A DNA stretch of 64,000 nt from Trypethelium eluteriae (GCA_051942245.1 JAVECL010000035.1:1-64000), one strand, 5' to 3'. Counted from the first letter of the stretch, positions 36,833 through 50,191 are shown. The notes: generated by a model from the letters alone, not told the origin. Program-made: numbers and translations.

Positions 36833-37378
36833 GTGGAGATATGGGTGTATGGCTACCGGCGTTGCGCGCCTCTGATTCATTTGCAATGACCTCCAGTCAG
36901 AGTTGGCATCCTGTAGCAGAAGTTCTGGCCCAAAACTATTCAGTAGAGATGGATCAAGCTGACCCAAATATAATACCAAAAGTTGGCTCGCAAAGGCAGC
37001 GACTTTCGTAACAGCCACACGACTCTCCACAAAGATAGTAATTACAAATCCCATTTCATTCGGCACGAATTGCTTCTCTCAATATTTAGAGTATCTCCCC
37101 AACATGAAGTCACCATATTTATCCTGTCCGGCGGAGTCACCATCTCAATACCCGAGCCGTTCTCACGTAAAACGTCTGCAGTTTAGGTTCTCTTCGCTGC
37201 AGTTACTTTGCTCGAAAGACTCAACTGCTTCAGTCCTCTTCAATATGCTCAATACTAATGCGCATATACAGCGGAAACCCATGCTCAAGCCCCCAACGCA
37301 CGAATTACCGAAGTCTTGGGTATCTCACTCAGGCCTTGATGCCGTTCCTTACTTAACTCCAGACTCCGTACTAAACAG

Positions 37379-40300
37379 TCATAACAGTATAACTACAGTC
37401 ACAAGCCCAATCACCACACTTGACATGTTCCACAGCCCAATGATTGACCAACACGTCATTCTGACTTTTCCCGAAACCGTACCTGACTCCACACCTGTCC
37501 CTACTCCAGTCGCAACAGCCGCTCCATTCGTATTCGAAGGCTCTCCTATCCCAACCCCTGACGACGTCGCACTCATTTCCGCTCCCAGCACTTCCGTCGA
37601 TCCCCCAACAACCGCAAACCTCTCATCCGCCGCTAAACTCACCACTACTCCATCCACCGTTACCTCTCCACCAGGCGTCAACGTCTCTCCCGGCGTAATG
37701 ACATACTCCCCCGCCCCATCAGCCGTATAGACATGCCCCGCAACTGTCAGCGGCGGGAGCGTTCGCTGTGGCTGCAGAAACTCCGTCGAGGAGCCGATGA
37801 CTACAAAGGCGTCATTTGCTGCAAGAGAGATGCGAGTGCCGTCAAGGGTTGCGACACCGCCGGGGGTAAGCGTCGTGCCTGGGCCAAGCATGTAGGCGCC
37901 GGTAGCATCAGGGTGTAAGACTGCAGTGCCGAGAGTGAGGAGACCGGGTGTGGGTGCGGTGTTGGAGGGCCCAAGGAGTTGAGTGGAGGAGCCGATGAGG
38001 GCGAAGAGGCCGTTGGAGGCGAGGGATATGCGAGTTCCACTGAGGGTTGCCACGCCACTGGGAGTTAGTACGGTGCCTGCTGAGAGGGTATAGGCGCCTG
38101 CACTGTCAGCGGTGATTTGCACGTTGCCGACTCTGAGTGGAGCGGGTGTGACGGTGGGCTTGGCGGCTGCATTTGGAAGTGCTACCGTCTTCGGGGCATC
38201 GCCTTTGTTTTCTGCGATGACAAGGCCTTGGTCTCCAAGAGATACCGGCACATTGTTGATGGTAGTTGCTGGCGCGCTCATTGCCACTTTATGACCATTG
38301 ACCACGGCAACGCTAGGATCGGAAGGGTCTTTGGCAATTTTGAGTCCATCGACGGCAGTAGGGTTGCTACCAATGTCGTCTACGTTCGCGATAGAAGGGC
38401 CAGAGGAATTGTCTGCGTCATCGTCTCCTTGATCTTGCTTCCAACCAGCCTCTAGGACAGCTGGGATATCACTGCCCACAGCACCTGCATCTGCCCTATG
38501 TGGATCATTTCCAGGGTCACTTCCCCCTGATTCTCCGCTGAACTGACCATGGTCTTGAACTTGGCTATGGGGATCCTCACCTTCGGTACTACCCTGCACC
38601 TTACTCGGTGCTTCCGATCCTTTGTCTGGAGCAGTAGGGGTTGAATGAATACCAGCATTAGATGGAGCACCAGGGCTACTGAAAGCAGCACTAATGATAC
38701 CCCAGACACTATCTGGTGTAGGTGTTCCTGGTCCATCCCCTTTGCCACCGTTGTTTTGCGCTGGTGGACGGACGATAAGATCGCCGCCCTGCGGCCTAGA
38801 AGTGTCTGTGTCATCCGTATCAGGATCTGTTTCAGATGAAGCCTCGTCGCCCTCGTTACCATTAGGATCACTACTACCGGTTGGCTTTTCTGGACTGTCT
38901 GGCGGCAACGGGGCTTTACCAGGCTGCGGATCGCCAGTAATTTGGGGCCCTGGTTTTGGGACCGTAGCAACGGGTGCTGCTGTCGGCGATGCATGAGGGA
39001 TCACTAAGGTAGGTGCGTTTGTGAGCACTTCGGGCGCGGGCCAAGGAATAGGATCCGGAACATCCGCACTGCCTTGTGCCGTGAGTGCATGTGGTGGGTC
39101 ATAGAAGCCTCCAAACGGAATTGCGCAGTGAGACCAAGCAGGGTCTAAGGTACGCACTTGAGGTGGCACGACGAGCGCAGGTCGGTAGTCCGAGTTTACG
39201 ATGGTGCTGCATGGGCACGATTCGATTGGTATCGAAGGGTCGGCGGTGCCGTAGACACAGTGACATGAAGATTGACCGGAGTACGCGCTCCAAGGGATTG
39301 GATAGTTGAGATCAGCGTAGTTGAACGGATAGGCGAGGTAATCGATGTGAGCAAGCAAGGCGTTACTGTCTACAGTACCATATCGAGCGCTAGAGACATC
39401 GCTAGAAGCCAGGGTAAGAATATGTCCTGGGTATGACGAGCCAATTGGGGTTCCGCAGGCGTCTTGAGCGTACACCTCCTGGATGGAGATGTAGACACTG
39501 TTGAGATAGAATGTATATCCATTTGATACCGTGCTCGGACCGGATCCATTATTAGCTGGGCCTAAGGAGAGTCGCATAATCAGTAGACGTCCTCTACCCA
39601 AAGTTATAAGAAGCACCAACCGTCTGGAAGATCCGTACGGGTGTACGTCAAGGGACCCCCAACTGGAGAACTCGCACACATGTCACGCGACAAGTTGGCA
39701 GTGACTGGAGCATAATACATCTCCACTGTGCCACCGAAAATAGTGCAAGCTCCGCATATCCCTGTATTGCAGTAGCTATTGTAAGCCGGAGATGGTGCAT
39801 AATAGGAGGATGTTGGTTTCGCGGCTTGTAAAGCACTACAGTCCGTCGAATCGACATGGCAGACTGGCGAAGGGCTGGGATATGGTCCACTCATTGGAAG
39901 TGGGTGGTAGTTGTAATATGAAGAGGTCGACTCGGAGACCGCTGCGGATGGCTCAGAGCCAATCGGTCGAGGATGGCCATCGCAGAGCGTTTCAAAGTCT
40001 CCTCCGTAGATAGTAGTTGTGTAGGTGCTGGTGAAGTATTGAGTAGTGAATGGCTGTGAAAGGTTGTCATACTTCCAGAAAGATGCGGAGGCACTCCAGC
40101 TAGTTCCAAGGTCAGAACAGCTGCTTGCATATACGAGTCCTAGCGCGCAAGTTAGCAAAGTCGTATGTCGGCTTGAGCAATTTAGAGACGTGCTGAGGCC
40201 TTGGGATCATTCTTGGTGCAGGAAAATCCTCAAGTTAGGTATCTGGTAATCGGATTTCCGTACCATTGTGTTGTACCGGAAGTTCGTGAGAATGATGCTG

Positions 40301-40798
40301 GACGGAAGGAATAGAAGAGTCGCGTCACGAATGTAGAGGGAACATGAGCCTACCACTTCCAGTGCTAGGAAGAGCATGTGGATTCAGAGGTCCGCAATTT
40401 GTTCCGCCTATTAGTTGCATCCAGTCGCATGATGACGTCGAGGCGGTTGAAGAGTTCGAGCATCCTCCATGGCAGATCGTGTCGTGGAAGCCATTTCGTG
40501 TAGGCGTTGGGCCCGCAGTGATGTTTACTGACTCTGGTCGCGTTGCTGGTGTAGTCGAAGTCGTTGACGAGTTCGACCCAAGCACCCTTCGCGACGAGGA
40601 AGGTAGCCGCGTGGCCGAGTTATTCGATGTCCTTGATCTATTCGCTGTCGAATCTGATGAACGTGGGTGCGACGCTCCGATACCCAAAGCCACATAATCC
40701 CCGACTGCTCTCGCATCCTCGCCACGTGCTCCTCTGACAATGCTGACCGGGGAGAGTGTCAAAAGGGCAAGGACAGACGGAAAGAGATTCGGAAACAT
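37379..40798 (-). CDS. Secreted Ser/Thr/Pro-rich cell-wall protein, probably GPI-anchored
   Basis: Signal peptide MFPNLFPSVLALLTLS; Cys-containing N-terminal region (GFYDPPHAL); three TLTPGG-type repeats; hydrophobic C-terminal tail VVIGLVTVVILL. Confidence 0.8.
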
Positions 40799-42096
40799 GC
40801 TCTGGGCCGGCTTTATTGCTGAAAATATCGCATTGCACGCATGCACGAGAGAAAGGATATTTTCGCGGGCATCGCAGTTGAGACATGGCTAAGCGGAAAG
40901 CCATCACATATAAGGAAGAGGATAAAAACGAGACAGGACGTACTCAAGAGGCCGACGGACTCTCAGCTTGCAGGGAAGACAGAGGCCTCATCTAGCAGGG
41001 CAATATAGTTCAGAGCCATTTTCTGAGCACCAGTCTCTCTGCAAGGCAGCCACAACCAGGAATGCACGTTGCAGAATGATGTCCAATAGAGATTTTGGCG
41101 CCAACAGAGCATGTATTAGCCTCAGCACATGGCGGACTTGGATGCTCGATCAGCCTGCAAGAAGATCCATTTGTGGTGAAGTTAAGGACGAAAGGGGAGG
41201 CTGCTATCCCAAACCGTACAGTGTTCTCCGCAAGCGAGCCCCTGCTCTTACTCAGCTACTGCGGCGAGTCATGGTGGTGCGTTAGACCGCGAACTATAAT
41301 ATGTACGGTAAGTACTTTAATAGCAAAGGGCTCTCGAACCTTTGCACTCGCGGAAACAGCCGTCTTTGTACTAAGTACTTCTTTGCAACATTCTAGACGA
41401 AGTGAGGATCCTCCCTAGCTACCTATGCTCTAGCCTACTTAGATCGGAGGATGTGTACCATTTGGGCGTTTAATGCTTGCAGGTGTCTCAGCAGCATGAA
41501 ACTAATTACACACTTCACCCACTATATTTCCTTTGCAGCAAGCTTTGACCATAAGTTTAGAATTCAAGCAACTTAGGAACAGAAGACCTTTCGGGAATTC
41601 TCAATAGGTCAGGGATGATTCCACTCAGCTTCGATTGGACAAAGGGGACCATGAAGATTACTTGAAGATTCGTCTACTTTCCATACCTATCCTGTGCGCG
41701 GATCTTGTAGCGTTGATATCGTATATAGCATTATAATTGGCTTACTATTGCAAAGCGCTGCACATCTTCCATTGCTTGATGTTGCGCCGCTAACGGAAGA
41801 TACGGCTGAGGCGAACCATGGCTACCAGCGCAGCCAGCAATCTGGCGCAAAGATATAGATATAGATTTTAATTTCGAAAGAATTTTTCTAATTGTCATGG
41901 TATCTAAGAAAAGGAGTCGTCATCATTGCACTTCGAACGTAGAAAATTGTCATGATCGTTATCAATCCCTTCACTCATTGCGCAACTGCTCCACATCGTA
42001 ACTCGCAAACCGAAACGCCCATGATTGACGCGAAGAAAGAAGAAAATAAACTTAAGAGTGGAAGGCAGTCATAATAATTATCGAGGAATAGGATCA

Positions 42097-45000
42097 TCAC
42101 CTCAGAATGTCCCCAGCGAACCGGTGGAGTAGTCTTCCCGCCATGCCTCGACCTTGGAACATATCCTGCACCGACTGCGCCAGAGGATCTTCAGGAATCT
42201 TCCTCCCTTTCCTATCGAATCGCGGAGGTAAATCCACCGTACTCTCGCTACCATCGCTCCCAGTTGGTGAAGAGTCCCTTCCCCGTGAACGCTGCTTATC
42301 CCGATCAAGGTGTGGGTTACCATTCCCGCCGCTACGCCGTTGTCTTGCGTCATCCCCTTGTCTAGGTGACTCCCCATGTCCATCCAGGCCCCTCGTGTCA
42401 TGACCATCCCGCTCGTAGTGCTGTCGCTGCCTGTGATTTCGTGAAGAAGATGGAAGTCGCGGCTCCCCCTCCATCGGGCTGATCTCACTCTCCGAGTGCT
42501 CCTCGTCCTGCAAGTTGAACTGCACCTTCCGCCCTGGACTTGGTGCCGAGCTCGCCCTAGTCCGCTCCCTCTCCTGCTCTCGCCGCTCGCCCCGCTCCCG
42601 GGATCGGGCGCGGGGTTTTCGCGTGCGCGGCGAAGGGGTGGTCACACCATCTGGAACCTGATTAGCATGATGAGGGTTGAGCTGGCTAGCGCGGCGCGTC
42701 GCACCATTGCTCTCCTGCTGTCGACTCGCAAATGATGCAGCAGCTGCAGAGGCATGGGGAGCTGTCGTGGAGGCACTCACATCGTTTGGGTCATGTTCAC
42801 GTGGGACATGCCCTGCCGGTCCCGCTGCAGGCTGGTGACTCCATTGTTGCTGCTGGGCACCAGGAGGTGGGGTATAGTATTGATCTTGGGGAAGGGCTTG
42901 TGGAGGTTCGCTGGACATGGGGGGATAATCCTGCGGATTGTAGGGTGGGTAAGGATTTTCCTCAGGATGCATGGGTTGCTGTTGCGGAGGATAGCCGCCA
43001 GAGTTTGGTGGAGGTGGGAAAGCGTTGTTGTGGGGATAGTAATTAGGTTCTTGAGTATAGGGGTTGACTGCGGGATGACCTGGAGAATATGGTCCTTGCT
43101 CTACTGGGGGATAACCCTCTTCCGCTTCGCGGCCTATTGTTAAGTGTGAGGGAGATAATAGATATGCTGGATAAGAATAGCACTTACGTCTCCGTTCTCT
43201 TTCTGCCCTCTTGCGCTCGGATCGTTGTGTTGCTTTGTGAGCAGCGACGCCGGCAGCGCCAGCCACTGCGGCAGTCTCAGCGGCACGTCTTGTCCGACTC
43301 TTACTTCTGCTTCTTCCACCACCTGGGCTAGACGATGCGGAAGAGCCACGACGATGTCTTCTGTAGTCTGCGGGATCATCGTAATCTCGCCCGCCGCGTC
43401 CCCGGTAGTAGTCTTCTTCGCGATCCGGATAGATGGGCTCACCACCGTACTCTATAAGTGCAGGGTCATTCGCTGGTCTTCGGTCATCGTATGGTGGAAC
43501 AGACCTTGACCTCGGCCTCGACCTGGATCGTTCCTCAACTTCACGCTCCCCTTTCTTGTTCTTTCTCTGCTCGTAGAGACCCGCCAATGCTGCCCCTCCC
43601 AAGCCTGCAGCGGCAATAGGCGCGGCCTGTCGGATGCGAGATCGAGACCGATTATCGCCCTTGCGCTGGCGAGACTTGCTACGAGCTCGCTCAACAAGGC
43701 CCGCAACGGCTGCTGAAGCAAGACCTGCCTGCGCCACACGGGAATTACGATGCTGCGAATTCGCACGTCTGGCTTCTTCGGGAGGCACCGATTCGAAAGA
43801 TCCTGGAGAGCCGGGTCGAACTCGAGACCTGCTCCTGCCACGGTCTTCAATTACTACTTCCTGCTGCTGATTTTTGCCTCTTTGCTTTAGAGCGTAGCCA
43901 GCCAAGGCACCGACAGCGGCCACACCAGCAAGACCGGCGAGTTGGCGAGCTCTGGACTTGGAACGCTCGCGACTCCGGCTCTTTGATTTTTCCTTATCTT
44001 TGTGACTGTGATGATGGCGGTGACGATGACGATGTCTCCTTCCACGATCACTTGACTCAGAGCGCGATCGCTCTTCCTTGCGGCGGCGGCTTCGGCTTCG
44101 AAGTCTCGAGACAGCTTCGGCACCCGCAGCGCCAACTATTCCACCGGCAGCTGCATTGCTTAGTCGACCGCCATGTTCACCCCCTTCATTTTTCCTATGT
44201 CGACGTAAGAGTTCTCCACCCACCACACCAGCAAGAGCACCTTCCGCAAGGTGTCGTCTGTGATGAGGACTGGCTTCACGAGATCCGGCACGAGAGCCGG
44301 TTCTTTTCTTGTAGTAGACGAGATCCTCATCACTGGACCAATGGTCGTCGCCGTATTGGGAAGCGGACTCTCGAGGATGCACTTCCCTGCGACGATCCCA
44401 CTCTTCGTCAGACCAAGATTCTCGTCGCTGAGGGCGCTCTACTTCCTTGATCCTGCGCTCATAGTAGTAGTCTTCTTCTTTTGGCTGAGGTGCAGGAGCA
44501 GGTGGAGGTGGTTCTTCACGACGAACTACAGATCGGTTGTCGTTTACCTCAGATCGTTCGATCATTTCGTAAGACTCCTCTTGGCGTCGAGGCGGGGAGC
44601 GCTCCCGTGAACGTTCACGCAGAATGATCGGTTGAGGCGCAGCCTCGCGAATGATGATGGGTTGTGGTGCTGGTTCACGAATGATGATGGGTTGCGGAGC
44701 CTCGGGACGGGCAAAGAATTCAGTCGATTTGGAGTACCTTTCGACGTCGAATGGTAGACGTCTAGATGGCTCTTCGCGGTCTTCATTACGAACAACCCGG
44801 ACTTCGCGCCTGTACGCAGCTGGTGGGGACGGTGCTCGTTCGACCGGGAAATCACGTTCGATGCGATAGTTATGGTCGGAACGGTAATCACGTTGAGATG
44901 ATGGCGGACTTCGCGTACGGCGATCGATATCTCGATCAACTTCTCGCTCTATCCGCCACTCTCTGATGTTATCCGGCGGAGAGGGTTGGCGCTCACGGCG

Positions 45001-45210
45001 GATAATGCGCGTCTCGCCAATTCGAGTCTCACCACCTCGAGTCTCGGTCTCGAATCGATCGGTCTCGCTGGACCGCTCTGGCACTTTGTAGCGCCGAACT
45101 GTTGTGAAGGTTCTTGGACCCTCGTAGACAGAACGAGTGGTGTCCCAATCTCTATCGCGATCGCGCTCATGCTCTCGCTCTCTTTCCCTTTCTCTAATAA
45201 TGACAGACAT
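42097..45210 (-). CDS. Arg/Glu/Ser-rich conserved fungal protein (DUF3824-like)
   Basis: Long low-complexity ORF with PQPIIIRE repeats, HRRHLAEGALAG, AQAGLASAAVAGL and a C-terminal STVDLPPRFDRKGR. Probably contains 1-2 in-frame introns. Confidence 0.75.
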   Translation of the reverse strand: MSVIIREREREREHERDRDRDWDTTRSVYEGPRTFTTVRRYKVPERSSETDRFETETRGGETRIGETRIIRRERQPSPPDNIREWRIEREVDRDIDRRTRSPPSSQRDYRSDHNYRIERDFPVERAPSPPAAYRREVRVVRNEDREEPSRRLPFDVERYSKSTEFFARPEAPQPIIIREPAPQPIIIREAAPQPIILRERSRERSPPRRQEESYEMIERSEVNDNRSVVRREEPPPPAPAPQPKEEDYYYERRIKEVERPQRRESWSDEEWDRRREVHPRESASQYGDDHWSSDEDLVYYKKRTGSRAGSREASPHHRRHLAEGALAGVVGGELLRRHRKNEGGEHGGRLSNAAAGGIVGAAGAEAVSRLRSRSRRRKEERSRSESSDRGRRHRHRHRHHHSHKDKEKSKSRSRERSKSRARQLAGLAGVAAVGALAGYALKQRGKNQQQEVVIEDRGRSRSRVRPGSPGSFESVPPEEARRANSQHRNSRVAQAGLASAAVAGLVERARSKSRQRKGDNRSRSRIRQAAPIAAAGLGGAALAGLYEQRKNKKGEREVEERSRSRPRSRSVPPYDDRRPANDPALIEYGGEPIYPDREEDYYRGRGGRDYDDPADYRRHRRGSSASSSPGGGRSRSKSRTRRAAETAAVAGAAGVAAHKATQRSERKRAERERRRKCYSYPAYLLSPSHLTIGREAEEGYPPVEQGPYSPGHPAVNPYTQEPNYYPHNNAFPPPPNSGGYPPQQQPMHPEENPYPPYNPQDYPPMSSEPPQALPQDQYYTPPPGAQQQQWSHQPAAGPAGHVPREHDPNDVSASTTAPHASAAAASFASRQQESNGATRRASQLNPHHANQVPDGVTTPSPRTRKPRARSRERGERREQERERTRASSAPSPGRKVQFNLQDEEHSESEISPMEGEPRLPSSSRNHRQRQHYERDGHDTRGLDGHGESPRQGDDARQRRSGGNGNPHLDRDKQRSRGRDSSPTGSDGSESTVDLPPRFDRKGRKIPEDPLAQSVQDMFQGRGMAGRLLHRFAGDILR

Positions 45211-47570
45211 GATGTATGACCGTTCGGTGTTGGTATGCCGTGGAAGTGGAGCTCAGTGGTGTCAAAAGTCGCACCAAAGCTTCCAGACGGCGAGGCAAGG
45301 CTTAGTTGGGTACCGAGGGTTCGCTGGTGCAAAAATTTTCTCTTGGCTTCCACGGAAGGATGGGAAGTATGCTTTGATTCCGAAAGACTGGCGGGTCGGC
45401 TAGTAATGTGAGAGGGATGAGAGGTTGAAGTGGCACGAGGTCGTTGACGTGGGTGTTGAGGTGAGGAGAAGGACGGATCCTTGCTTGGGTGGGATGGACA
45501 GGAATCTCGACTTATCAGGCCACGGGTCGGCCCATGTGTTGGTAGACAGGCGAACCGATGGCGAAAGCTGGCCCGATGGAGGACACAACGGGCGAGGATG
45601 GTCAGTGGTGAAACTCGGGAGGGACGCAGGACGAGGGATAAGGCAATCTGGCGTGAAGGATTTCCGCCGGCGAAGAATAGAGCTGGAAGTGGGCTGAGCG
45701 CTTGATGTGAGCGTGGCTGGTGGCAGGCGCGGCTAAAGACGCTACGCTCAGATGACGTAACCTATCGCCTTCGCAATCCTCTCAATCTTGATTTTTCCTG
45801 CATACGGCGATGAAATCAACATGCTAGGCCCACTCGTTGTAGAAAGAAAAGTGCAACGCTACTGAGATGAGCCGTGGCATCAGTCCCTTTACATACAGTA
45901 CTCCACTCGGCTTCCAAGTCGTGCTCATCTCAGCCTCGGTGATCCAATGTTTGCATCGCCTTGAGGCTCTGCACACCTTCCAGCCCGCGTGATCATCCGT
46001 GTCACTCTTGACTACCCAACTAGGCTGCCAAAGCTTGTAGACTTAAGCCAGATAGAGTTCGGGACGAAGACTGCGGAAATGCCGCATCGCGTCTTTCTAA
46101 ACTCTTGGCCTTTTTGTTGCCTAATGGCGCCAAGTCTTGTAGCTTGGGGTCTTTCCCGTATCTGACAACGTGCGTCTAAGTCAGGACGCCCGAGCACGCA
46201 AGGCTACTAGGAACATCTCGTCTATTTTGCGACTACTCCTCCCTGGTTTATTATACAGTTTTCATGTAACGCCCAACTCTCGCCCGACATACGGAATATG
46301 TATCGCGTAATTACTAATTACCACTTTGTATCTCTCGATTCTATGAACTCAAAGCAAGATCTCGGCACTGAAATGACCGGACCGCGCTCTGCAATCGTAT
46401 AAGAAACTAGTCTGATTTCGCTGAGCCAGTTGGTCCATCTGCTGAATAAGCGTTGAACTCATTCGATGATCCATTTTCTAGGTTGCGCTAGGTATTTTTC
46501 CACCCTATTCTCTAGGACAATGCTCTTCGTTGAATGAAAAGGAGAACACTATCGCCTGGTGCATCGATTTGATGCTACTGTTGTTGAAGTCTGCTACCTG
46601 GGTAAGCTCCGAAAAATCCTCCACTCCATACGACGTGTGGTATGGGCTTACGCTAGAAAAGATATAGGCCGGAAGAGTGATGAGATCGCGTAGTTGATTG
46701 TACTCCATCACTCTGGCATACTTTCCTGCTACGTACTAAGTGTGGAGTACTGTATATCGTTCCTCAACGTCAACCCAGCAGTCACCCTGGTTATTCATCC
46801 CCACTTCAGGTCCATTCCGTGGTACACACGATCTGGACACTTTGTGTACCTTTTGCCTCTGAAGTAGGTTTTGGGCAACGGGTGAACCCGCGCCAGGGGC
46901 TTTCCATGGCTTTGAACTTAAAGAGAGCCAGCAAACCCATGGAACGTTCCGTAACGTTTTGACGGCTCTCGCCGGGGTGATCCAGTCAATCGCTCTTTCC
47001 TTAACTTGTACATAGAACAAAGCGGAAGAGATTCAAGTGGGTGGGGCACTGTTTGTTTGAGACTTTTTACGGTGTTCAACTAGCGTGGCTACCAGGTGAA
47101 TACTCCAATAGCTCTCTAGGATGACCCACTGACAACGTCTATCTTACTCACTTGCCTCTTTCTTTCAGGCCTCAGATACTGTGGCTGTAGACTTGACTGC
47201 AACCCTCTCTCTCACCTGCGCATCGCTTCACATTCATTTAAACCCAGCTTTTTCTGTCTCTTCTAAAATCATTGCAACGCTCTAACCACTCTATCTTTCG
47301 ACCGTCTGGAAAACAACAAGACGATTTTTCTTCGGTAAGCTTATATGATCGAAAGCGGCTGTTTTGTTCATCTTCTTAGCTTTGATTCTCTTTCCTCCAA
47401 GGTCCAGTTCACATCGGGTACGCGCAGAACGTTTAAGAGGGCTACAAGCTCTACATCCGCAGCCCTTTTGTTTGCTTCAAAATGACCATGTTACAAATTT
47501 TTAACGCTGCTGAAAATTGCTCTTCCTACGGTCCATACAGCTCGCTAATCCATCTCAGCTCCATTTCAAC

Positions 47571-48662
47571 ATGCAATTCTCTGCATTCATCCTTGCGGGC
47601 ATCACTGCGCTCATCCCCTCTGTGGGAGGCACTACACTCCCTGCCTCGAAGGCCCTTGGCTTCGCTGGAGTCAACAACGCTACCGCCAACATTACCTTGA
47701 ATTATTCGCCTACCCGCATTCGACGCGGTACACACATATCACGAGCTGCCAAAGCCTCCGCCGTCGTTTCAGCCACTAATGTACCTACTGGCAATACCCT
47801 TGTTCTAGATGTACGTCCTGATGAACTTGCGATGCAAAATGCTTCTCTCATGTTCGGCTGGCAACTCGTCGGGGGATCCTCTCAAGATCATGCCGGCTAT
47901 CTTTGTATCAATCTTGGCACCTACAGCGACATGTGGGTTGCGATGGGATTCAATGTAACCCAAATACAAGCTGCTCTTTGTCAAGCTGGTATGGCCAAGA
48001 CACCACCGAACAGCACTTACATCGCGGACCAAATAAGGGCCGCAGCAAGCAACGTCTACCTCACCTACATACTCAATTCCGGCAAGCCTAAATCCACCAC
48101 TTTCTGGGCGTCCGCCTGCCAGGGTCTTCTTCCTCAGCTCCTTGACGCCATTGACCTCAATGGTCATGACATCCACACCACCATCTGTAATCGTGCTGGC
48201 ATTCCCGCCACGTCTATCCATCCGGCTACCACCATTCCCTACGCCAGCAATAGCATCCAGAGCCAGGCCTCACTCCTATACGCTTACCTCCTCGTCGGCT
48301 CCTGGAAGAGCCCCGTTGATCCGAGCAACTACTGCGCGAGCGTCGATCCTAACGGGCCTTCCTCAGCCTCCACCCGTGCCAGCATCAATGCAACTAAGAT
48401 GCTCGACGCTGATAAGATTGCTCAGGTCTGGTGTGCTATAGCGGCGCCCGGGGCGGCGTTTCCGTCGATTGGAGAAGTGGAGACTAATATCACGATGGCG
48501 GTCTCGGGATTGTTCACGAATCAGTTGGCGAACACCATTGATCCGAATACGACGTATGTGCAGTATTTGAGGGACAATATGCTTGTGATGAGCTTGGATT
48601 GGGAGGGGCTGAATGGGACGGAGGTCTGGACGAGGATTCAGCAAATGGCAAATGGAGACTGA
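47571..48662 (+). CDS. Secreted protein with about four internal helical Cys-pair repeats, function unknown
   Basis: Signal peptide MQFSAFILAGITALIPSVGG; single long ORF; repeated C-x(20-30)-IxxxxC units. Confidence 0.75.
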   Translation: MQFSAFILAGITALIPSVGGTTLPASKALGFAGVNNATANITLNYSPTRIRRGTHISRAAKASAVVSATNVPTGNTLVLDVRPDELAMQNASLMFGWQLVGGSSQDHAGYLCINLGTYSDMWVAMGFNVTQIQAALCQAGMAKTPPNSTYIADQIRAAASNVYLTYILNSGKPKSTTFWASACQGLLPQLLDAIDLNGHDIHTTICNRAGIPATSIHPATTIPYASNSIQSQASLLYAYLLVGSWKSPVDPSNYCASVDPNGPSSASTRASINATKMLDADKIAQVWCAIAAPGAAFPSIGEVETNITMAVSGLFTNQLANTIDPNTTYVQYLRDNMLVMSLDWEGLNGTEVWTRIQQMANGD

Positions 48663-48982
48663 GGAGGGTGATATGCGGAGTATGATGAGGGATAGGAACG
48701 GGGATGATGAGATCGAAGATAGTTATCATTTGCTTTGCCGCTGAACATTAATGATGACGACGATAATATGGCCGAAGAATGACACAATGAGCTTGAAGAA
48801 TTAATTGTGTCTTCATGTGAATTATAGATGAATACAGCTGAGACCGTGGAAGTTATGCTGCTCAATACAATTCTATCATCATCCCTCCCGATAGCGTGTC
48901 TGCACTGAGTAAGTATAAGTATCATCGACATTTCGGATTTTTAAAATGTGACACACGTGTGTTTGGCAAGATACACCCCAGC

Positions 48983-49943
48983 TCATCTTTTCCTCCCAAG
49001 TAGTTCTGGATGCTTATGCACACTCGGCATGATCCCAATCCCAATCGCCCTCCGTATCGCCTTCGCGAGTCTCCTCTGATTTCGCGGCCTCAGGCCTGTC
49101 GCATTCGAATGCTTGATCCGCCCCGTCTCGGTCATGAACTCCCCTAACAGGGCGAAATTCTATCATATCCCTACGTCAGTCACTATGCTCAAAACCTTGC
49201 CTAGAAAGACACGACAGGGTGCAACCTACTTTATATTCATTTCTCGGATCGATCCCCAACTCATCAAATACATCTCGTCTCGGTGTCCCTCGCTTCGCTT
49301 TCCACTTGCTCATCTCGACACTGCTTAAATCATGCGGCGCATAGACGTCCCCACGTCGCCACCTCCGGTGCATCTGCTGCTCAAGCTCGCTGCGTGTGAT
49401 ATGGCTCTGAAGCTGAGCGCTCGTTTCGGAGATAGCGAAGTCGCTGCTGCGGTTATCAGAGGACGTTAAGGAGGAGGGCGGCATGCGTCGGAATTCGGAG
49501 TGAGATTCTGCGAGGGTTTCGGCGAATCGAAACGAATCTTTCGCTGAGAATTGGGGCAGTTGAGAAGAGGAAGCAAAATTTGAAGTTGGAGAGGCGTTAG
49601 AGAACGGATTGGACTGGGTTGACCTGGGAGCCGTGGAAGGGTCTGCATAGTGGTTCGTAGACGTGTTAGAGGGCTCGATGGGAGGAGCGTTGCGCGAAGC
49701 GCGGTGTGAGACTGGAATCTGGGATGAAGAGGGAATCCGCCGATCTGAAGCAGCGGCAAGTTCTAGGAGGGCTGCAAGATTGTGGTGAGTTCGGGAAACA
49801 AAAGTTGCTCAGAACAGGAGGGATTGAATACCGGCAGCGGAGTTTCTACTTCGTTCATTTTGCTGAATCGACCGGGCTGCAGAAAAGGATCGCTTGCAGC
49901 ATGTTCGTATAGTGCTTGGTCTAAGAATGTGGAATGGATTCAT
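48983..49943 (-). CDS. RSM18: Mitochondrial small ribosomal subunit protein bS18m
   Basis: RRWRRGDVYAPHDLS...DPRNEYK|NFALLGEFMTETGRIKHSNATGLRPRNQRRLAKAIRRAIGIGIMPSVHKHPE; presequence-like N-terminus MNPFHILRPSTIR; two introns. Confidence 0.92.
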
Positions 49944-50191
49944 GGTGGGAGAAATCAGTCGTCGTAAAATGTGAGATGGGCGAGCTCGGGATGGTATGAT
50001 AGAAATGCGGGTGGGTCGAGCTTCATACGGAAATGTCGTCGTCGACCTCCACGCTTTTGTTCCCCTTTCGATTTAGAGCATTTCAATTTCTCGCTTCGCT
50101 CCAGTATGATTGTGAGTTTCATGTACGCATTGTTATATCAAACACCTATCTTACACTCTCCTGCAGGAAGTCCAGATGTGTGCATAGGACG

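Noticed and set aside
42100..45400. Many overlapping ORFs on both strands across the DUF3824-like gene
   Set aside because: Artefacts of GC-rich, low-complexity coding sequence.
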